Assembly: GCA_000146045.2 (NCBI GenBank) | Contig: BK006939.2 | Location: 128,001-192,000 of the forward strand | Direction of reading: 5' to 3' | Source: TPA_inf: Saccharomyces | Lineage: Eukaryota | DNA length: 64,000 nucleotides | Part shown: piece by piece, positions 61,503 through 64,000 of the stretch | Numbering within the stretch: position 1 is the stretch's first letter | How the letters are laid out: the number at the start of each line of letters is the position of its first letter | Program-made: the position numbers and the translations under genes | The notes under the pieces: model-generated | Databases searched by the model: none | Told to the model about the DNA's origin: nothing | The model's input: the letters and a program-made list of their open reading frames with translations, nothing else

Positions 61503-63791
61503 TTAATTTGTTGCTGCAGGTGCCTCAGGCGGTTCGGTATTGCTCTTTGGATCCAAATATTTTTCAAAAGCCTCGTTCCTTTCCTTGAATGGCCTTGGAC
61601 CCAATAATCTAATCATGTCTTCTCTAGTAATTGCTTCCTTACGTAGCAATTCTTTTGCGACAAGATCGACTTTGTCCAAATTTTTGGTTAGCAATTCTGT
61701 ACAAGCTCGGTGTGCATCATCTACTATAGATTTAACTTCTAAATCAATGGTTCTTGCCGTTTTATTACTGAAGGGTTTGTTAACTTTGAAGTTTCCATCA
61801 TTCTGATCAAACGACAGGTAGCCAATCTTGGGTGACATTCCTAGGGATGTAACCATGGCATTTGCCATCTGTGTAACCTTTTTGAAATCATCATGAGCAC
61901 CGCTAGTCACCGATGGAAAATGTAGCTCCTCAGAAACACGGCCACCAAGAGCCATGATCATTCTATGTCTGAATTGCTCCTCAGATATCAAATATTGATC
62001 CGGTGGTAGGTACTGGGCATAGCCTAAAGCACCTTGTCCACGCGGGATGATGCTTACTTTCAGAAGTGGATCCGCATATTTTAGAAACCAACCACAAACG
62101 GCATGTCCTGCCTCATGATAGGCCACTGACCTTTTTTCTTCCTTAGAAAGGACTCTTGTTTTCTTCTCTAGTCCCGCAATGACTCTTTCAATGGCTTGCT
62201 CAAAGTGATGGATAGTGATATATGGGTCATTATGTCTGGCAGCGATTAATGCAGCCTCATTACAAGCATTAGCGATATCTGCACCAGTAAAACCTGGAGT
62301 AAGCGTAGCCAATTTCCCAGAAAGATTATTCATATCATCTGTAAGAAGGGGATCCAGATTCAGTCTTTTCAAGTGAACCAGGTATATTTGCTGCCTACCA
62401 TTGACATCAGGAGAATCAATTTGGATATGTCTATCGAACCTTCCCGGTCTCATCAAAGCATTATCCAACACATCGGGCCTATTTGTACCCGCAAGGACTA
62501 CGACTTGGTCGGAAGTAGTGAATCCGTCCATTTCCACCAATAATTGATTCAGCGTAGCTTCTCTTTCATCGTTAGCGCCACCGAGAGCGCCGCCTTTGCC
62601 TCTTTCTTTACCGATAGCGTCAATTTCATCTATAAAGATAATCGAGGGGGCCATAGACCTTGCTTGAGTAAACAAGTCTCTTACACGTGAAGCACCCACC
62701 CCAACGAACATTTCGACGAACTCAGAACCTGATACTGACAAGAAGGGCACGTTCGCCTCACCTGCGGTGGCCTTGGCCAAGAGAGTCTTACCGGTACCTG
62801 GGGGTCCAGAAAGAATAGCGCCTCGTGGAATCTTGGCACCCAATTTAGTGTACTTACCTGGGTTCTTCAAAAAGTGAACAAATTCCATGATTTCCTGTTT
62901 AGCTTCATCACAACCGGCAACATTTTTAAATGAAATTTTAATGTCTGTTTCCTTATTGAAGAGCTTTGCTCTGGATTTTCCAACATTAAACATGCCGCCG
63001 AGGCCTCCTCCACCACCACCATTGGCATTTGGTGGTGAACTATTTATTTTTCTGGTTATGAAGTAAAGGCCACCAAGCAGAATGATGGTGGGCAGGAAGG
63101 GGAACAAAAATGTGAAGGGAGAAGATCTCTCAATGTATTTGATGGGGATACGATCCCGAGGAGGAATGTTCAAGAGGTCCTGGATCTGGTCCATCTGTTC
63201 CTCAAAAATATCTACTGAACCAATGGTGAACGATACAACTTGCTTTGTATTGACTAATTCGGCCTCTACGAGAAACTTATTAACGACGTAAATCTTGGAC
63301 ACAAGACCCTTCTCCAGGTATTTTGTTTTGAAATCCTGGAAAGTCAAGACGCGGTTAGAGTCGTCTCCTGAGTTGTTACTGGAAGGTGTGAGCAAAGTAA
63401 ATATAATTGTGAATCCGATGGTCAAAAACATCGTATTAGCAAATTCCTTAGATCTGAAGTATTCTGATAATGAACCAAACTCATTTCTTTTGTCTTTGCC
63501 ATCTTCTTTATTGCTATTATTATCTTTATTACCATTGTTCTTGCCCTCACCCTCTTTGTTTGGCCTATTTTCATTTAACCTTGTCCATGAGATATGGAAG
63601 GAACGTATTTGGGTAGAACGGTGTATTGTGTTTCTGGTTGCCAGACCAGATAACGTCTGCAAACGCTGGTGAACTGGCATGCGCGAGCGAAGCACTGGCT
63701 TCACTGTTGATATGCGGCTAGCTTTACCAAATGAGAGTGATGTCAATGAGCGTGGCGCACCCCTTGCATATCGTTGCCACATCATCATCAC
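61503..63791 (-). CDS. AFG3: Mitochondrial inner-membrane m-AAA protease subunit (AAA ATPase plus M41 zinc metalloprotease), 761-762 aa; four consecutive in-frame ATGs at the 5' end
   Basis: GPPGTGKT Walker A, DEIDA Walker B, HEAGH zinc-binding motif, two TM segments. My recollection is that the annotated protein is 761 aa (MMMW...), which would place the start at 63788 rather than 63791. Confidence 0.9.
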   Translation of the reverse strand: MMMMWQRYARGAPRSLTSLSFGKASRISTVKPVLRSRMPVHQRLQTLSGLATRNTIHRSTQIRSFHISWTRLNENRPNKEGEGKNNGNKDNNSNKEDGKDKRNEFGSLSEYFRSKEFANTMFLTIGFTIIFTLLTPSSNNSGDDSNRVLTFQDFKTKYLEKGLVSKIYVVNKFLVEAELVNTKQVVSFTIGSVDIFEEQMDQIQDLLNIPPRDRIPIKYIERSSPFTFLFPFLPTIILLGGLYFITRKINSSPPNANGGGGGGLGGMFNVGKSRAKLFNKETDIKISFKNVAGCDEAKQEIMEFVHFLKNPGKYTKLGAKIPRGAILSGPPGTGKTLLAKATAGEANVPFLSVSGSEFVEMFVGVGASRVRDLFTQARSMAPSIIFIDEIDAIGKERGKGGALGGANDEREATLNQLLVEMDGFTTSDQVVVLAGTNRPDVLDNALMRPGRFDRHIQIDSPDVNGRQQIYLVHLKRLNLDPLLTDDMNNLSGKLATLTPGFTGADIANACNEAALIAARHNDPYITIHHFEQAIERVIAGLEKKTRVLSKEEKRSVAYHEAGHAVCGWFLKYADPLLKVSIIPRGQGALGYAQYLPPDQYLISEEQFRHRMIMALGGRVSEELHFPSVTSGAHDDFKKVTQMANAMVTSLGMSPKIGYLSFDQNDGNFKVNKPFSNKTARTIDLEVKSIVDDAHRACTELLTKNLDKVDLVAKELLRKEAITREDMIRLLGPRPFKERNEAFEKYLDPKSNTEPPEAPAATN

Positions 63792-64000
63792 TTAGTATAT
63801 TATAAAATAAGTGGATGATGCCTTTATTTGAAGACTGCGTTAATCTCCTTTAATATAGAATGGGTCCTTGTAAAAGTTATGTATAGACAGTAAGAACCAA
63901 TTTATTCCTCATCTAAATCATAGGCCCAGAATAAACTGAACAGATGCGTATAAAGGCGTTATAAAGATGCCAGAAGCATATCGCGGGCCACGACTAAAAA

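Noticed and set aside
63780-63791. Four tandem in-frame ATG codons at the AFG3 start (MMMM)
   Set aside because: Curious but explained as alternative initiation codons ahead of a mitochondrial presequence. Which ATG is used cannot be decided from sequence.

Overview
This window reads as native Saccharomyces cerevisiae chromosome V, running from about 24 kb left of CEN5 to about 40 kb right of it. I identified the genes by recognising their translated proteins from memory, not by any database search. The gene order is EDC3 (3' end), VAC8, tQ(UUG), UBC8, GLC3, tK(CUU), a solo-LTR cluster, tR(UCU), GCN4, MIT1, YEA6, VAB2, YEA4, GIM4, WBP1, IRC22, CEN5, MNN1, NOP16, PMI40, FMP52, YND1, NUG1, PAC2, TMA20, SEC3, NTF2, YER010C, TIR1, LTR remnants, tE(UUC), PRE1, PRP22, HEM14, FAA2, BIM1 and AFG3. 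If my recollection of VAC8 and CEN5 coordinates is right, the window is chrV about 128-192 kb.

Every ORF of 100 aa or more in the supplied track is either one of these recognisable conserved yeast genes or an obvious artefact (antisense to a gene, inside an LTR, or inside a repeat). I found no foreign insert and no unexplained gene cluster, so I do not claim any novel system. The ORF track also calls TTG/GTG/CTG as starts, so several ORFs are N-terminally over-extended; I corrected the starts of GCN4, YEA6, VAB2, NOP16, NTF2, HEM14, FAA2 and BIM1 (AFG3 flagged but left at the track start).

The track does not show four spliced genes whose first exons are 5-31 nt long: UBC8, GIM4, PMI40 and TMA20. 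It also lacks four tRNA genes with flanking Ty LTR remnants, the point centromere CEN5 (CDEI/II/III), the four GCN4 uORFs, and several short promoter motifs (STRE, PAC/RRPE, PACE, an ORE-like site, MCB, a WOPR-like site).

Worth a second look, in order of interest: the roughly 1.5 kb GCN4-MIT1 intergenic region with its TGTAA array and WOPR-like motif; the ORE-like site plus 15-bp direct repeat upstream of FAA2; the tRNA/LTR graveyard; the ORF-free, unusually GC-balanced 1.5 kb between FAA2 and BIM1; and the coding micro/minisatellites in MIT1 and TIR1.
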